Source: an uncultured delta proteobacterium (GTDB lineage: Bacteria; Desulfobacterota; Binatia; UBA9968). Taken from it: a DNA stretch of 64,000 nt. The notes beneath the pieces are model-generated. The model did not search any database. It saw nothing but the letters and a program-made list of their open reading frames with translations, and was not told the DNA's origin. Shown here piece after piece: positions 1 through 12,723 of the stretch (position 1 is the first letter of the stretch; every line of letters begins with the position of its first letter). The position numbers and the translations under genes were made by a program. Location of the stretch: positions 1 to 64,000 of the forward strand of contig CAVWLW010000069.1 in assembly GCA_963755715.1 (NCBI GenBank), in the 5' to 3' direction.

Positions 1-65
1 GACCGCCGCGAGAATGCGTAAACGGAGGGGATCGGCCAGCGCTTTAAGGGTACAACAAACTCCAT
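1..65 (-). CDS. ArsR/SmtB-family HTH transcriptional regulator, 5' end only (runs off the window; apparent 1-nt indel near the start)
   Basis: Manual translation of the minus strand gives TLKALADPLRLRILAAV, the typical ArsR helix-1 motif. An ATG at 63-65 is one base out of frame with it. Confidence 0.6.
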   Translation of the reverse strand, partial: MEFVVPLKRWPIPSVYAFSRR

Positions 66-76
66 AGCTGATTTCA

Positions 77-100
77 ATCATTATATTTAAATATTGTGAT
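77..100. promoter_or_regulatory. AT-rich imperfect palindrome, candidate ArsR autoregulatory operator
   Basis: ATCATTATATTTAAATATTGTGAT matches its reverse complement at 20 of 24 positions and lies 12 bp upstream of the ArsR-like start. Confidence 0.45.
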
Positions 101-166
101 AAAGCAAGCTGGGAATTCAAAGGTCATCAGCCAAACAACCATTTAGCGGAAATTAATGAAAATAAG

Positions 167-746
167 TCAGCGGAGCTTTTGCGCCAAGATACCGGCACGA
201 AACGACGGCTCAGCACCATCGGCAAATTTTCCTTCGCGATAGCAAAGAACGCGAAAGTCGCGAAAATAGTTCAGCAGTTCGTTACGGGCGAGCAATAGTC
301 GGGGTTTTTCGGATGGCCAATGGTTTGTTGATCGATCAAGTAGGTTTCAAAAACGATATAACCGCCGGGCGCCAGCGCGGATTTCATATGCGGAAAAGCG
401 AGCGCTGGAGATAGTTGATATTTACGATCAAGTCATACGGTCCCGGCGGCAGCCGGCAATGCTCCAGGTCTGCCTGCTGCCAAGAAATCGAGAGCGCACG
501 CTCCGCAGCCCGCCGCGCCCCTTGGTCCAATCCGACTTGGGAAATATCAACGGCCGTAACGGCGAATCCTTTTGCCGCGAGAAACAAGGCGTTGCGTCCT
601 GCGCCACTGGCGATATCCAGTGCTCGCCCCGGCGCTATGTCCCAATGACCCTCGTCCAAGATTTGCTTAAGAAAAGCGGAAGGCTTTTCCGAGCGGTCGC
701 TCTGCCCATATTGGCGATCCCATCGGATCTGATCATCGAGCGACAT
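167..746 (-). CDS. Class I SAM-dependent methyltransferase, TehB-like (two apparent frameshifts near 385 and 295)
   Basis: ORF 384..746 has RALDIASGAGRNALFLA (motif I) and VTAVDIS. Shifted frames continue as ALAPGGYIVFETY...LLARNELLNYF...RAGILAQKLR to a TGA at 167-169. Confidence 0.8.
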
Positions 747-776
747 AAGCGATCATCGTCAAAAAGACTACGATGC

Positions 777-1546
777 TCAGGACACGGCCCGCGCCAGCGT
801 CACCACGAAAACCTGCTTCGCGCCGTTTCTTTTCAATATTCGGCTGCATTCGTTCACTGTCGCGCCCGAAGTGTAAACATCGTCGACGAGCAAAATATTT
901 TTACCGTCGACGGATCGATCCGAATTCACTAAAAACGCGCCGCGCACGTTGCGCCGCCGTTCGTCTTCGGCGAGTTGCGTCTGCGGTGCGGTCTCATGGT
1001 CGCGCCGCAGCACAAAGGGGTCCATCGGGATATTGTAAACGCGGCTAATTTGTCGAGCGAGCAGCACGGATTGGTTGAAGCCGCGCCAGCGCAACCGTTT
1101 CGGGTGAAGCGGAACCGGAATGATTAAATCCACCGAACATGCGCTGAGAAACTCCTGACAACCGCGCGCCATCAACCGGCCGAGCGGCTTGCCGAGAGAA
1201 ACTCTCCTGCCGTATTTGAACTTTTGCACCACCTGCCGCAGCGGATGCTCTTCGATTTCCTCGCGCGGATAACAAGCCCAGGCGCGCGCGGCGACAAACT
1301 GCGGCGCCCGGGAAAGACACGCGCCGCAGGTGTGATCGTCGCCGCTGGCATCGGGAAATGGGCGGCCGCAAAGATGACACAAGGGATGGGAAATGAGTTG
1401 AATGTGTTGCCAGCAGCCGGCGCAAAAATATTCCGCATCGCGGCCGTGGATCCGGCCGCCGCAGGCGCGGCAACGCGGCGGATAGAGCCAATCCACCAAC
1501 CAATCGAAACGATCAGCCAGAGAAGTTGTCTGAAGGCGATTTCCAT
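777..1546 (-). CDS. comF: ComF family protein (zinc ribbons plus phosphoribosyltransferase domain); start uncertain (about 1546-1613)
   Basis: C-terminal part of ORF 777..3215: YPPRCRAC..C..C, CHLCGRPF..CGAC, PVPLHPKRLRWRGFNQS, ILLVDDVYTSGATVNEC. Confidence 0.88.
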
Positions 1547-1669
1547 AGATCGTCCCGCACTGTAGCAAAATGAACGAAGCGGGCGAAGAGAAAAATGCTT
1601 TGAGCCGGCGCATTTCGCCAGTGGTCGAGGGGCGAGTGAGGTCGACGAATCGTTGGGCGCGGCGAGAAA

Positions 1670-3215
1670 CTACGTTTTCAAGATCAAACTGCGGCCGGTC
1701 ATTTCTTGCGGCTGCGGTCATTCCGAGAAGCTCCAAGACGGTCGGCGCGATGTCGATCCCGGTGCCTTCTTTGAGCCGGCATTTTTTCCGCTCGTCATCC
1801 ACTAAAATCACCGGCACGAGATTCGTGGTATGGGCGGTGTGCGGCATGCCGGTATCGTAGTCGATCAACTGCTCGATGTTGCCGTGATCCGCCGTGATGA
1901 TGACTTTGCCCTTCTTGCTCATGGCTGCGTCGATGACCTTGCCGAGACATTCGTCGATCACTTCGACGGCTTTTACCGAAGCTTCGAAGTTGCCCGTGTG
2001 GCCAACCATATCGGCGTTCGCATAATTGGCGATCACGAGCCCGACGTCCCGTTCGCGCAGAAATTTGATCAGCGCCTCGGTAACCGGCCGCGCGCTCATT
2101 TCAGGTTTTAGGTCATAGGTCGCCACGTCTTTGGGCGAAGGTATCAAAATCCGCTCTTCGCCGGCGAATTCTTTTTCTTCCCCGCCATTAAAGAAATACG
2201 TCACGTGAGCATACTTTTCAGTCTCGGCAATGCGCAGTTGGCGCACCCCCGCTTGGCTTGCGACTTCGCCGACGATTTTCCGGATCTCTCGCGGCGCGTA
2301 GGCGGCCGGGACTTTGAGGGTCTCGTCGTAACGCGTCATGGTGGTGTAAGCCGCGAGCCTCAAATAGCGCTTGCGGGGAAATTCTTTGAAATCCTCCTGA
2401 GTCAGGGCGCGCGTCAACTCGCGCGCGCGATCGGCGCGGAAGTTAAAAAAGATCACCCCGTCGCCGTCTCGGATCAACCCTTCGGAACCGATATTGTCAA
2501 TCACCGTCGGCAAAACGAATTCGTCGGTGATTTTTTCTTTATAACTGTTACGAATCGCCTCGAGAGCCGAGGGCGCTTTGTTGCCGACTCCTTCGGTCAG
2601 ACAATTGTACGCTTTTTCGACTCGATCCCAGCGTTTGTCCCGATCCATGGCGTAATAGCGTCCGCTCACGGTGGCAACTTTGACGTTGGCGTCGGCTTTC
2701 AGTTTTTCGTTCAAATCGAGCATGAATTGTTCAGCGCTGTTCGGCGGCGTGTCACGGCCGTCCAAGAACAAATGCAGATAAACATGGCCGAGCTTTTCCT
2801 GCCGCGCCATCTCGATCAGCGCTTCCATATGGCGCTGATGGCTGTGCACGCCGCCGTCGCCGAGAAGGCCCATGAGATGCAAGCGGCTGCTTTGCTCTTT
2901 CGTTTTGCGTAAGGCTTCGAGGAGAACCGGATTCTTGTAAAACCCGCCTTCGTCGATGTCTTTATGAATTAAAGTGAGATCCTGATAAACGATCCGCCCG
3001 GCGCCGAGAATCATGTGGCCGACTTCGGAATTGCCCATTTGGCCGGCCGGCAAGCCGACATCGATACCCGACATCGACATTCGCGAGTTGGGATAATTTT
3101 TTAGCAGCGCGTCCAGATGGGGCGTCGCCGCGTTGGCAATCGCGTTGCCTTCTTTGCGCGGATTGATGCCGAATCCGTCCAAGATGATTAGGATCACAGG
3201 TTGGGGTGGGCTCAA
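1670..3215 (-). CDS. gpmI: 2,3-bisphosphoglycerate-independent phosphoglycerate mutase (extra base near 1718 makes it read through into comF)
   Basis: LIILDGFG, GQMGNSEVGH, SGRYYAMDRDKRW, AETEKYAHVTYFFNGG, DMVGHTG, TADHGN, HTAHT. Removing one base restores the usual C-terminus PQPQEMTGRSLILKT with a TAG at 1670-1672. Confidence 0.95.
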
Positions 3216-3298
3216 AGTGAAGTCCTTTCTTAGTCGACGGCTCAGCCGGTTGAAATTAAAGATGGTTAAATCATGGAACTAGCGAGACACGCCGCGAC

Positions 3299-3712
3299 TC
3301 AAGACATGTGCTCGTTGGCGATCTGAAACTGCTCGACGAGCTTTACGTACGCTTCCGGCAGTGTCGCCCTCGGCGCATGGCCCCACAGTGCGTCCAGGTC
3401 ATAAAACTCGCGCACCGGTTCATAAAAAACGTGCACGATCACGTCGGAAAAATCCGCCAACACCCAATGACCGCGCTGCGCCCCTTCGACGGCGTACGGT
3501 TTGATGCCCTCTTCGACGGCATTTTCTTCGAGCCCTTGGGCGATGCTCTGCACTTGGCGATCGGAACGGCCCGAGCACAGGATGAAATAATCGGCGATCG
3601 ATGTCAGCCCGCGAACATCCAGCACGACCAGATCATAAGCCTTTCGCTCCAGAGCCAGACGGGTCAGGAGAAGGGTTTTTTCCCACGAACTGTTCTCGGC
3701 CGAGATCATCAA
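3299..3712 (-). CDS. rsfS: Ribosome silencing factor RsfS
   Basis: KAYDLVVLDVRGLTSIADYFILCSGRSDRQV, WVLADFSDVIVHVF, REFYDLDALW; follows nadD. Confidence 0.95.
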   Translation of the reverse strand: MMISAENSSWEKTLLLTRLALERKAYDLVVLDVRGLTSIADYFILCSGRSDRQVQSIAQGLEENAVEEGIKPYAVEGAQRGHWVLADFSDVIVHVFYEPVREFYDLDALWGHAPRATLPEAYVKLVEQFQIANEHMS

Positions 3713-4371
3713 CGTTTGCTGCGACGGCCGCCGTACAGCCCGCGCCTTTCAATATATTTTGCTACGTCGATGGGCACTAGATAACGGATGGATTTTCGTT
3801 GTTCGACCAACGCGCGAATTTCCGACGCCGAGATGGCGATATCCGTGAGCTCGATAAAATAGATCCGCGTTCCGCTTTGATGCCGATAATTCTTCTGTTC
3901 TGAATCATAACAAAAGAGTTTTTTCACGGCAACGCCGGTGCCTTTGAGCGGATCTTTGTCCTTGCTGCCGGGCCTGGACGTCACGATAAAATTACACAGC
4001 GGAAAGATTGCGGGAAAATCCTTCCATGTGCCGATCTCGCGAAAGGCGTCTAATCCGATGACGAAGTAGAGCGAATCGCCGGGCTGCTTGCGCGCGGCAA
4101 AGGCGCGGATCGTGTCGATCGAATAAGAAACTCCAGCGCGCGAAATCTCCGCCGTCGACACGCTGAACCGGGGATTTCGCGCAACCGCGAGACGCACCAT
4201 CTGCAGCCGATCGCTGGCCGGTGTCGTTGTCTGTCCCCGTTTATGCGGCGGAATGGATGTGGGGATGAAATAGAGACGGTCGAGCCCGAATGTCTCGCTG
4301 ACTTCCTCCGCGCTGCGCAAGTGTCCCCAGTGGATCGGATCGAAAGTGCCGCCGAACAGACCGATCTTCAT
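3709..4371 (-). CDS. nadD: Nicotinate-nucleotide adenylyltransferase
   Basis: MKIGLFGGTFDPIHWGHL (HxGH motif), PPHK, SYSIDT, ISASEIR. The real start is the ATG at 4371. Confidence 0.95.
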   Translation of the reverse strand: MKIGLFGGTFDPIHWGHLRSAEEVSETFGLDRLYFIPTSIPPHKRGQTTTPASDRLQMVRLAVARNPRFSVSTAEISRAGVSYSIDTIRAFAARKQPGDSLYFVIGLDAFREIGTWKDFPAIFPLCNFIVTSRPGSKDKDPLKGTGVAVKKLFCYDSEQKNYRHQSGTRIYFIELTDIAISASEIRALVEQRKSIRYLVPIDVAKYIERRGLYGGRRSKR

Positions 4372-4395
4372 GAGGCGGCGACGAATGAAAGAAAA

Positions 4396-4538
4396 GATGA
4401 AGGATGAAGGATAAAGGATGAAATTAAAACCTTGGCATGCCATGACGGCGCTTGCAGCTTTCTTCCACCTTCCGTCCTCCACCCTTGGCCTCGCCCCATC
4501 TTCCTTCCGCCTTTCGCCTTCATCCTTTAGCCTTTTTC
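4396..4538. repeat. 7-bp-period inverted tandem repeat between proA and nadD
   Basis: Left arm GATGAAG GATGAAG GATAAAG GATGAAA; right arm ends CTTCCGC CTTTCGC CTTCATC CTTTAGC. Confidence 0.7.
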
Positions 4539-5810
4539 TATTCTCTCACTTGTCCGTCGCCGAAAACGATGAATTTGGTGGTCGTCAACTCTTCCAAGCC
4601 CATGGGACCGAATGCGTGGATCTTGCTCGTGCTGATGCCGATCTCGGCGCCCAAGCCGAGCTCGCCGCCATCATTGAAGCGCGTCGAGGCGTTGACCATC
4701 ACGGCAGACGAATTGACCCGCTCGATGAACTCGCGCGATTTTTGATAATTCGTCGTGACGATGGTTTCGGTATGTTCCGAGCCGTAGCGCTCGATGTGAT
4801 GGATCGCTTCGTCCATGTCTTTCACGATGCGCACGGCGAGAATCAGATCGAGATATTCTTCCGTCCAATCCGCGTCGGTGGCTGCTTTGATCCCCGGCAC
4901 CAGCGCGCGAGTATTCTCACAGCCGCGCACTTCTACCCCCGCGGCTTGAAACTTGGCGATCATCGCGGCAAAAACTTGGGCGCGATCGCTTCATGCACCA
5001 GCAAAGTTTCCATGGCGTTACAAACGGACGGGCCGCTGCACTTTGGCGTTAAAACAAATTTGCTCGGCCATTTCCAAAGACGCGTCGGCCTCGACGTAAA
5101 CGTGACAAACACCTTTGTAGTGTTTGATGACGGGAACTTTCGAATTCGCGACTACCGCGCGAATGAGATCCTCACCGCCGCGCGGAATAATGAGATCGAT
5201 ATACTGCTCCAGCTGCAGCAGCTCGTTGACCAAAGCGTGATCTTTATGTTGCACAACTTGCACGGCGTCCTGCGGCACGCGCGTCTCGGCGCAGGCTTGG
5301 CGCAGCACCGCGCCGATCGCCTGGTTGGAATGGTGCGCTTCGCTGCCGCCGCGTAAGATCACGGCGTTGCCGGACTTCAAGCAGAGCGCCGCCGCGTCTG
5401 CCGTCACGTTGGGACGGGCTTCGTAAATCATCCCGATCACACCGAGCGGAATGCGCATGCGCCCGACCTGGAGACCGTTCGGCCGGCGCCACATCTTGGT
5501 CACTTCACGCACCGGATCGGGTAGCGCTGACCACATCACGTAGGCCGTTCGCCATCGCCCGGATGCGGACGGGATTGAGCGCGATGCGATCGAGGACCGC
5601 GCTCGAGACTCCGCTATTTGTCGCGAAGTCCAAATCTTTTTTATTCTCATCGATCAGAAAAGTGCTCTGCGCTTCGAGCCGGTCCGCCATCAGCAGCAAA
5701 GCTTGATTTTTTTCCGCCGACGGCAACGGCGCCAATAGGCGAGCTGCGACCTTGGCCTGCTTGCCGAGACGAAGCGCTTCCTGTTTTAGTTTATCGCTTG
5801 TACCTGACAT
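4538..5810 (-). CDS. proA: Gamma-glutamyl phosphate reductase (split by about 3 frameshifts near 5530, 5030 and 4970)
   Basis: Consecutive ORF pieces: [18 protein letters not shown]; [40 protein letters not shown]; [34 protein letters not shown]. Lies directly after proB. Confidence 0.93.
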
Positions 5811-5817
5811 CCGCTTC

Positions 5818-7978
<2,161 letters not shown>

Positions 7979-8080
7979 TCAATAGGTTTTAGTGTCAACC
8001 GCAAACTCGTTTTTCAATCCGACTTTTGCCCTTTGCCTTTTTACTTTATCTTTTTCTTCCATCATCCCCTTCTCCCAGGC

Positions 8081-8107
8081 AAAAAAAAAGCCCCGAAAGG
8101 GGCTTTT
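8081..8107 (-). terminator. Rho-independent terminator after rpmA
   Basis: Minus strand reads AAAAGCCCC-TTTC-GGGGC-TTTTTTTTT, starting 18 nt after the rpmA stop. Confidence 0.85.
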
Positions 8108-8125
8108 CCGTTGCAAGCGCTCATC

Positions 8126-8383
8126 TTACTGAGCTGGAAGCACAACGACCCGTTTTCTCTCTTTGTCTTTTCGTTCGTAACGGACAGTGCCATCGATCAA
8201 TGCGAAAAGCGTAAAATCGCGGCCCATTCCAACGTTCCTTCCCGGGTGAATGCGTGTGCCGAGTTGACGTACCAAAATATTTCCGGCGCGCACGGTTTCG
8301 CCGCCGAAAACCTTTACACCGCGCCGTTGCCCTTGGCTATCGCGTCCGTTGCGTGAGCTGCCACCCGCCTTTTTATGTGCCAT
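8126..8383 (-). CDS. rpmA: 50S ribosomal protein bL27
   Basis: [34 protein letters not shown]. Confidence 0.98.
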   Translation of the reverse strand: MAHKKAGGSSRNGRDSQGQRRGVKVFGGETVRAGNILVRQLGTRIHPGRNVGMGRDFTLFALIDGTVRYERKDKERKRVVVLPAQ

Positions 8384-8399
8384 TAGATTACTCTCCCAG

Positions 8400-8714
8400 C
8401 TAAGCTTCGATTGCCGTGATCTTCAAAGTCGTCTGATACTGTCTGTGACCGCGCTGGCGGCTGTAGCTTTTGCGCCGCTTCTTTTTAAAGACCAGAATCT
8501 TTTTTGCCCGGATCTGACCAACGATTTCGCCGGTCACCTTGGCGTTGGCGACCAGGGGTGAGCCGATCTTTACGTCATCATTGCCGCCGACAAACAACAC
8601 ATCCGGTAGTGTCACCTTCTCGCCGACTTCGCCGGCAAGCTTTTCGACCTTGACCAGGTCGCCTTCAGATACGCGGTATTGCTTCCCGCCCGTTCTAATT
8701 ACTGCATATTTCAT
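8400..8714 (-). CDS. rplU: 50S ribosomal protein bL21
   Basis: [19 protein letters not shown]...[20 protein letters not shown]; real start is the ATG at 8714. Confidence 0.98.
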   Translation of the reverse strand: MKYAVIRTGGKQYRVSEGDLVKVEKLAGEVGEKVTLPDVLFVGGNDDVKIGSPLVANAKVTGEIVGQIRAKKILVFKKKRRKSYSRQRGHRQYQTTLKITAIEA

Positions 8715-8920
8715 AAGATTTCCTAAAGCAAAGTTTTTAAAGGAAAAAACCGGCAAAGTCAACATAGACTCTCCTCTGACGGGGAGATCCGCGACGCGGT
8801 TGCGACCATCGAAAAACATCCCGCCGATCAAAAATCCGCGTCCAAAAGCCAGGCACGGCGATAAATACCCCGCTTCGATCGAATTTAAAAAATTCTATTG
8901 GAATTCTCCTTTTGTATCGG

Positions 8921-8974
8921 TTGACAGGCACTTGATTTCCATATATCGCTACACGATACTATCGTTTAGCGATC
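8921..8974 (+). promoter_or_regulatory. Sigma70 -35 box followed by twin TATCG-N5-CGAT palindromes, candidate MarR operator
   Basis: TTGACA at 8921-8926; TATCG-ctaca-CGATA at 8944-8958 and TATCG-tttag-CGATC at 8960-8974, immediately before the MarR ATG. Confidence 0.6.
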
Positions 8975-8978
8975 TAAT

Positions 8979-9470
8979 ATGCGCAAATCTCAACCCTCAC
9001 CCAATTTCAAAGCCATGGCGGAACTTCGCTATCAGATCCGTCGCTTCCTGCGTTTCAGCGAAAACGCAGCGCGTAAAGCCGGCATCGAGCCGCAGCAGCA
9101 TCAGTTGCTGCTCGCGATTCGCGGTCTGCCTGAGGGTCTTAAACCGACCATCGGAGTTTTGGCCGAACGGATGCAGCTCCAACATCACAGCACGGTGGAA
9201 TTGATCGACCGTCTGGTCGAGCGCGGCCTGCTCTGCCGCTTGCGCAGCACCGACGATCGCCGGCAGGTTCTCGTCAAGCTGACTCGCGACGGCGAACAAT
9301 TTCTCAAGACACTTTCTTTGCACCATCTGGAAGAATTGCGATCCACCGGTCCGAAGTTTGTAAAAATTCTGCAAAGCCTGATCGAGAATGCCGATCTTAC
9401 CGAAACGGAAAACGACGTGCAGGCTAACCCCAGCACGTCCAAAACAAGAAAGGACCGAAACCATGGCTGA
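8979..9470 (+). CDS. MarR-family transcriptional regulator
   Basis: IEPQQHQLLLAI, LAERMQLQHHSTVELIDRLVERGLL, DDRRQVLVKLTRDG (winged-helix DRR motif). Confidence 0.9.
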   Translation: MRKSQPSPNFKAMAELRYQIRRFLRFSENAARKAGIEPQQHQLLLAIRGLPEGLKPTIGVLAERMQLQHHSTVELIDRLVERGLLCRLRSTDDRRQVLVKLTRDGEQFLKTLSLHHLEELRSTGPKFVKILQSLIENADLTETENDVQANPSTSKTRKDRNHG

Positions 9471-10315
9471 TCGAAATGAGTCCACGCAAGAATTATTACT
9501 CGACATCAGGGTCGCGGAAGCATCAAAACTCTACAAATTCTATCTCTCGCAGGAGAAGAAAATCCTGGGCGCCGCCGGGGTAACGATCTTTCTTATCATC
9601 TGGGAACTCGTCGGCAACGTTCTCCAACTTATCAATCCGATGTTTATGAGCGCGCCCTCACTTATCGCCAAAGCCGCGATCGATCTATTTTCATCGGGTG
9701 AAATCTACAACGATCTTTACATCAGTGGTACTGAACTTTTAGTGGGGCTATCTCCTTTCGGCGGCCGTTGCTATCCCTTTTGGCATCATGGTCGGCTGGT
9801 ACAAAAAAATGAGCTATATTTTCGATCCCTTCATCAACGCGATGAACGCGACTCCGCGCGTGGCACTGCTACCTTTGGTAATCATCTGGCTGGGAATCGG
9901 AATTCTCTCGAAGGTCGGCATTATCTTTCTCGGCGCAGTCTTCCCGATATTGATCAATTCGCGCGACGGCGTGAAAACCACGCCTCTCAATCTTCTCAAT
10001 GCGGCAAGAAGTTTTGGTGCTTCAGAATGGATGATCTTCAAAGCTGTCGTCCTTCCTTCTACGATCCCCTTCATTCTGAGTGGTTTGAGGCAAGGACTTG
10101 GGAGGGCTATCGTGGGTGTTATGGTAGGAGAACTTTATGCGGCCACCGCAGGAATCGGTTTTATGATCACAGTGGCCGGTGCTACCTTCCAAACCGATAA
10201 GGTCTTCGTCGGCGTCCTTGTTTTCGCGTTGACCGGGATGATCGGTACTGAGATACTGGCTAAGATAGAAAAACGTTTTGACAAGTGGCGTCCCAAAGTC
10301 GGTGCGATGGATTGA
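9463..10315 (+). CDS. ABC permease, SsuC/TauC/NitT type (one frameshift near 9745)
   Basis: N-part (MADRNE..FLIIWELVG..MSAPSLIA) joins ORF 9788..10315 (NATPRVALLPLVIIWLGIG, AARSFGAS EAA loop, VVLPSTIPFILSGLR, VMVGEL). Confidence 0.88.
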
Positions 10316-10344
10316 TCGCTTTTTACATCCCTCTCAGTTTCTAG

Positions 10345-10384
10345 ACACAAAGGGCCCGATCAAATTCGGGCCCTTTGTGTTTTC
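10345..10384 (+). terminator. Rho-independent terminator after the permease
   Basis: ACACAAAGGGCCCGA-tcaaat-TCGGGCCCTTTGTGT-TTTC, a 15-bp stem. Confidence 0.8.
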
Positions 10385-10510
10385 AGGCTGGCGCCAACCC
10401 GATGCGCCCTGCAATTTTGTCCAAGTTGCGAAGCCGCTATGTTCCCCCTTGCTCTTTCACACCGCCTGACTTAGATTCAGAAAAAAATTTGCCTAGGAGC
10501 GAGAATATCA

Positions 10511-11110
10511 ATGGCGATAATAATTAAAAGGCAACTTCCTGCATTTGTTATCGGTTTGGCCTTGCTTTTCATCCTTCCCGGTTGCGGCTACAACGAACTC
10601 CAAGGTCTCGACGAGGGAGTTAAGGGAGCTTGGAGCGAGGTGCAAAACCAGTATCAACGCAGAGCGGACTTGATCCCCAACCTCGTCGCTACGGTCAAGG
10701 GGGCGGCCAATTTCGAGCAGGAGACCTTGCAGAAAGTCATCGAGGCTAGAGCGCAAGCGACGTCGATCAAACTCGATGCTCAAGCCCTGAGCGACCCGGC
10801 AACATTCAAGAAATTCGAGCAAGCACAGCAGAACCTCTCGGGTGCGCTGTCGCGTCTCATGGTGGTTGTGGAAAAATACCCGGAGCTTAAAGCGAATCAA
10901 AACTTCCGCGATCTGCAAGCTCAGATCGAAGGAACAGAAAATCGAATCGCCGTCGCGCGCAAACGCTACGTCGAGAGCGTCCAGACCTATAACACCAAGG
11001 TCCGCTCGTTTCCGTATAATTTGACCGCCCAATATCTTCTCGGGCTCAAAGTTCGCGAAACGTTCAGCGCCGACGAAGCAGCTCAGAAACCGCCGCAGGT
11101 AAAATTCTAA
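10511..11110 (+). CDS. lemA: LemA family protein (probable lipoprotein)
   Basis: LPGCGYN, AWSEVQNQYQRRADLIPNLVATVKG, YPELKANQNF, EGTENRIAVAR. Confidence 0.95.
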   Translation: MAIIIKRQLPAFVIGLALLFILPGCGYNELQGLDEGVKGAWSEVQNQYQRRADLIPNLVATVKGAANFEQETLQKVIEARAQATSIKLDAQALSDPATFKKFEQAQQNLSGALSRLMVVVEKYPELKANQNFRDLQAQIEGTENRIAVARKRYVESVQTYNTKVRSFPYNLTAQYLLGLKVRETFSADEAAQKPPQVKF

Positions 11111-11117
11111 GCAGCAG

Positions 11118-12044
11118 ATGAAGCTGCGCACAGCACGGGTGTTCGGGCTGGCCTTTTTGTTGGCCCCAACACTCATTTCATTGGCTCTGGCGCTAAACGT
11201 CCCGCCGCTGCGCGGAAGGGTCAACGACTATGCTGGACTGATGCCTGCCGACAGAGCGCAAGCGCTCGAAGAGCGCTTGGCTCGTTTTGAGTCAGAAACC
11301 GGTCATCAAATTGCGCTCTTGACTGTTCCCAGCCTGGAAGGCGACAGCCTCGAGGATTTCAGCATCCGCGTGGCCGAGAGCTGGAAAATCGGCAAAAAAG
11401 GGTTCGACAACGGCGCGATTCTATTAATCGCCCGCGACGATCGCCGACTGCGCATTGAAGTGGGGTACGGCTTCGAAGGCGTGTTGCCGGATGCCATCGC
11501 CAACCGAATCATCAACGAAGTGATCACGCCGCGGTTTCGCTCCGGCGATTATGCCGGGGGGATTGAAGCTGGCGTCGACTCGATTCTCAAGATCACCAAA
11601 GGGGAAGCGCTGCCCGAAAGAAGTCGCGCTGCGACCGGGCGCAATGCGCAAGGCTCGTCGCTAATGACGGTCTTCATGATCACGGTCATACTGGCACTGT
11701 TCATTGGCATGACCAGTCGTGGGCTGTTAGGCGGCGCTTTTGGCGGCGCGGCCTCCGGGCTCGTCACATCGCTTTTTGGCGCAGGTGGAGTTGGGCTCGT
11801 TTTGCTTCTGGCCGTCATCGTCGGCGCCGTGGTCGGAGCGGTCGGCAGTACCGTGGGCACGGGATCGGCAGGGAATCAATGGACCGGCGGATCACGCCGA
11901 GGCGGTCGCGGCGGCGGTATTTTCCCTGGAGGTTTCGGAGGAGGCGGCGGGTTTGGCGGCGGCGGTTTCGGTGGCGGAGGAGGTGGTGGCTTCGGTGGAG
12001 GAGGCGGCGGGTTTGGCGGCGGCGGAGCTTCGGGAAGTTGGTAA
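11118..12044 (+). CDS. TPM-domain (YgcG-like) membrane protein with Gly-rich tail
   Basis: Signal peptide, RVNDYAGL, WKIGKKGFDNGAILLIA..RIEVGYGFEGVLPD, tail GGFGGGG..GGGGASGSW; follows lemA. Confidence 0.92.
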   Translation: MKLRTARVFGLAFLLAPTLISLALALNVPPLRGRVNDYAGLMPADRAQALEERLARFESETGHQIALLTVPSLEGDSLEDFSIRVAESWKIGKKGFDNGAILLIARDDRRLRIEVGYGFEGVLPDAIANRIINEVITPRFRSGDYAGGIEAGVDSILKITKGEALPERSRAATGRNAQGSSLMTVFMITVILALFIGMTSRGLLGGAFGGAASGLVTSLFGAGGVGLVLLLAVIVGAVVGAVGSTVGTGSAGNQWTGGSRRGGRGGGIFPGGFGGGGGFGGGGFGGGGGGGFGGGGGGFGGGGASGSW

Positions 12045-12049
12045 CCAAA

Positions 12050-12682
12050 ATGAATGCCGAAACTTTTTTTACCAGCGAGGAGCAGGAGCGCATCCAACAA
12101 GCGGTGATTGCCGCGGAGAAAAATACTTCCGGCGAGATCGTGCCGATGCTCGTGAGCGCTTCCGGGCGCTATGCCGAGGTCGAGCTTTCCGGTGTCGTCA
12201 TCGGGCTCGTTCTCGGCACTCTGGTCACATTCATCTGGCATGATCCCTGGGGAACCGTGCAGACCTACCTGCTCTGGCCCGTCGTTGGCGCCGTCGTCGG
12301 ATTTATCGCCTGCAGTATTCCGGGATTGAAAAGACGCTTGATTTCAACGGAGCGAATCACTGAAGCGGTTCACGTACGCAGCCTCGCGGCCTTCACCGCG
12401 CATGGACTGCATCATACCGAGGCCCACACAGGAATCTTGATTTTAGCTTCCTTGCTCGAACATCACGTCGTAGTCTTGGCCGACAAGGGCATCAACGATA
12501 AAGTTCAACCCGGCACTTGGGATGATGTGGTGCAAATCCTCACCAATGGTCTACATTCAGGCAATGCCTGTGACGCTTTCTGCAAAGCCATCGAACGCTG
12601 CGGCGAAACGCTCGCGCAGCACTTTCCTCGATCCCCGGACGATCGAGACGAACTGCCCAACAAGCTCGTGACCGAACAGTAA
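12050..12682 (+). CDS. TPM-domain membrane protein, third gene of the lemA-TPM operon
   Basis: IQQAVIAAEKNTSGEIV, TGILILASLLEHHVVVLADKGI, DDRDELPN; ATG at 12050. Confidence 0.88.
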   Translation: MNAETFFTSEEQERIQQAVIAAEKNTSGEIVPMLVSASGRYAEVELSGVVIGLVLGTLVTFIWHDPWGTVQTYLLWPVVGAVVGFIACSIPGLKRRLISTERITEAVHVRSLAAFTAHGLHHTEAHTGILILASLLEHHVVVLADKGINDKVQPGTWDDVVQILTNGLHSGNACDAFCKAIERCGETLAQHFPRSPDDRDELPNKLVTEQ

Positions 12683-12723
12683 GCGCCGGAGCTGTCATAA
12701 ATCTCGGAAAGGGAAACCGGCAT

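Noticed and set aside
777-3215. Apparent 812-aa GpmI-ComF fusion
   Set aside because: Removing one base near 1718 restores the canonical GpmI end (PQEMTGRSL) and a stop at 1670; the fusion is a frameshift artefact.
4538-5810. proA as a pseudogene or programmed frameshift
   Set aside because: All motifs are intact, proB is intact, and similar indels occur throughout the window; sequencing error is more parsimonious.
11876-12241. Arg-rich ORF start (11879, +) and Pro-rich ORF (-) resembling peptide precursors
   Set aside because: Both are alternative-frame readings of the GGC-rich Gly tail of the TPM gene.
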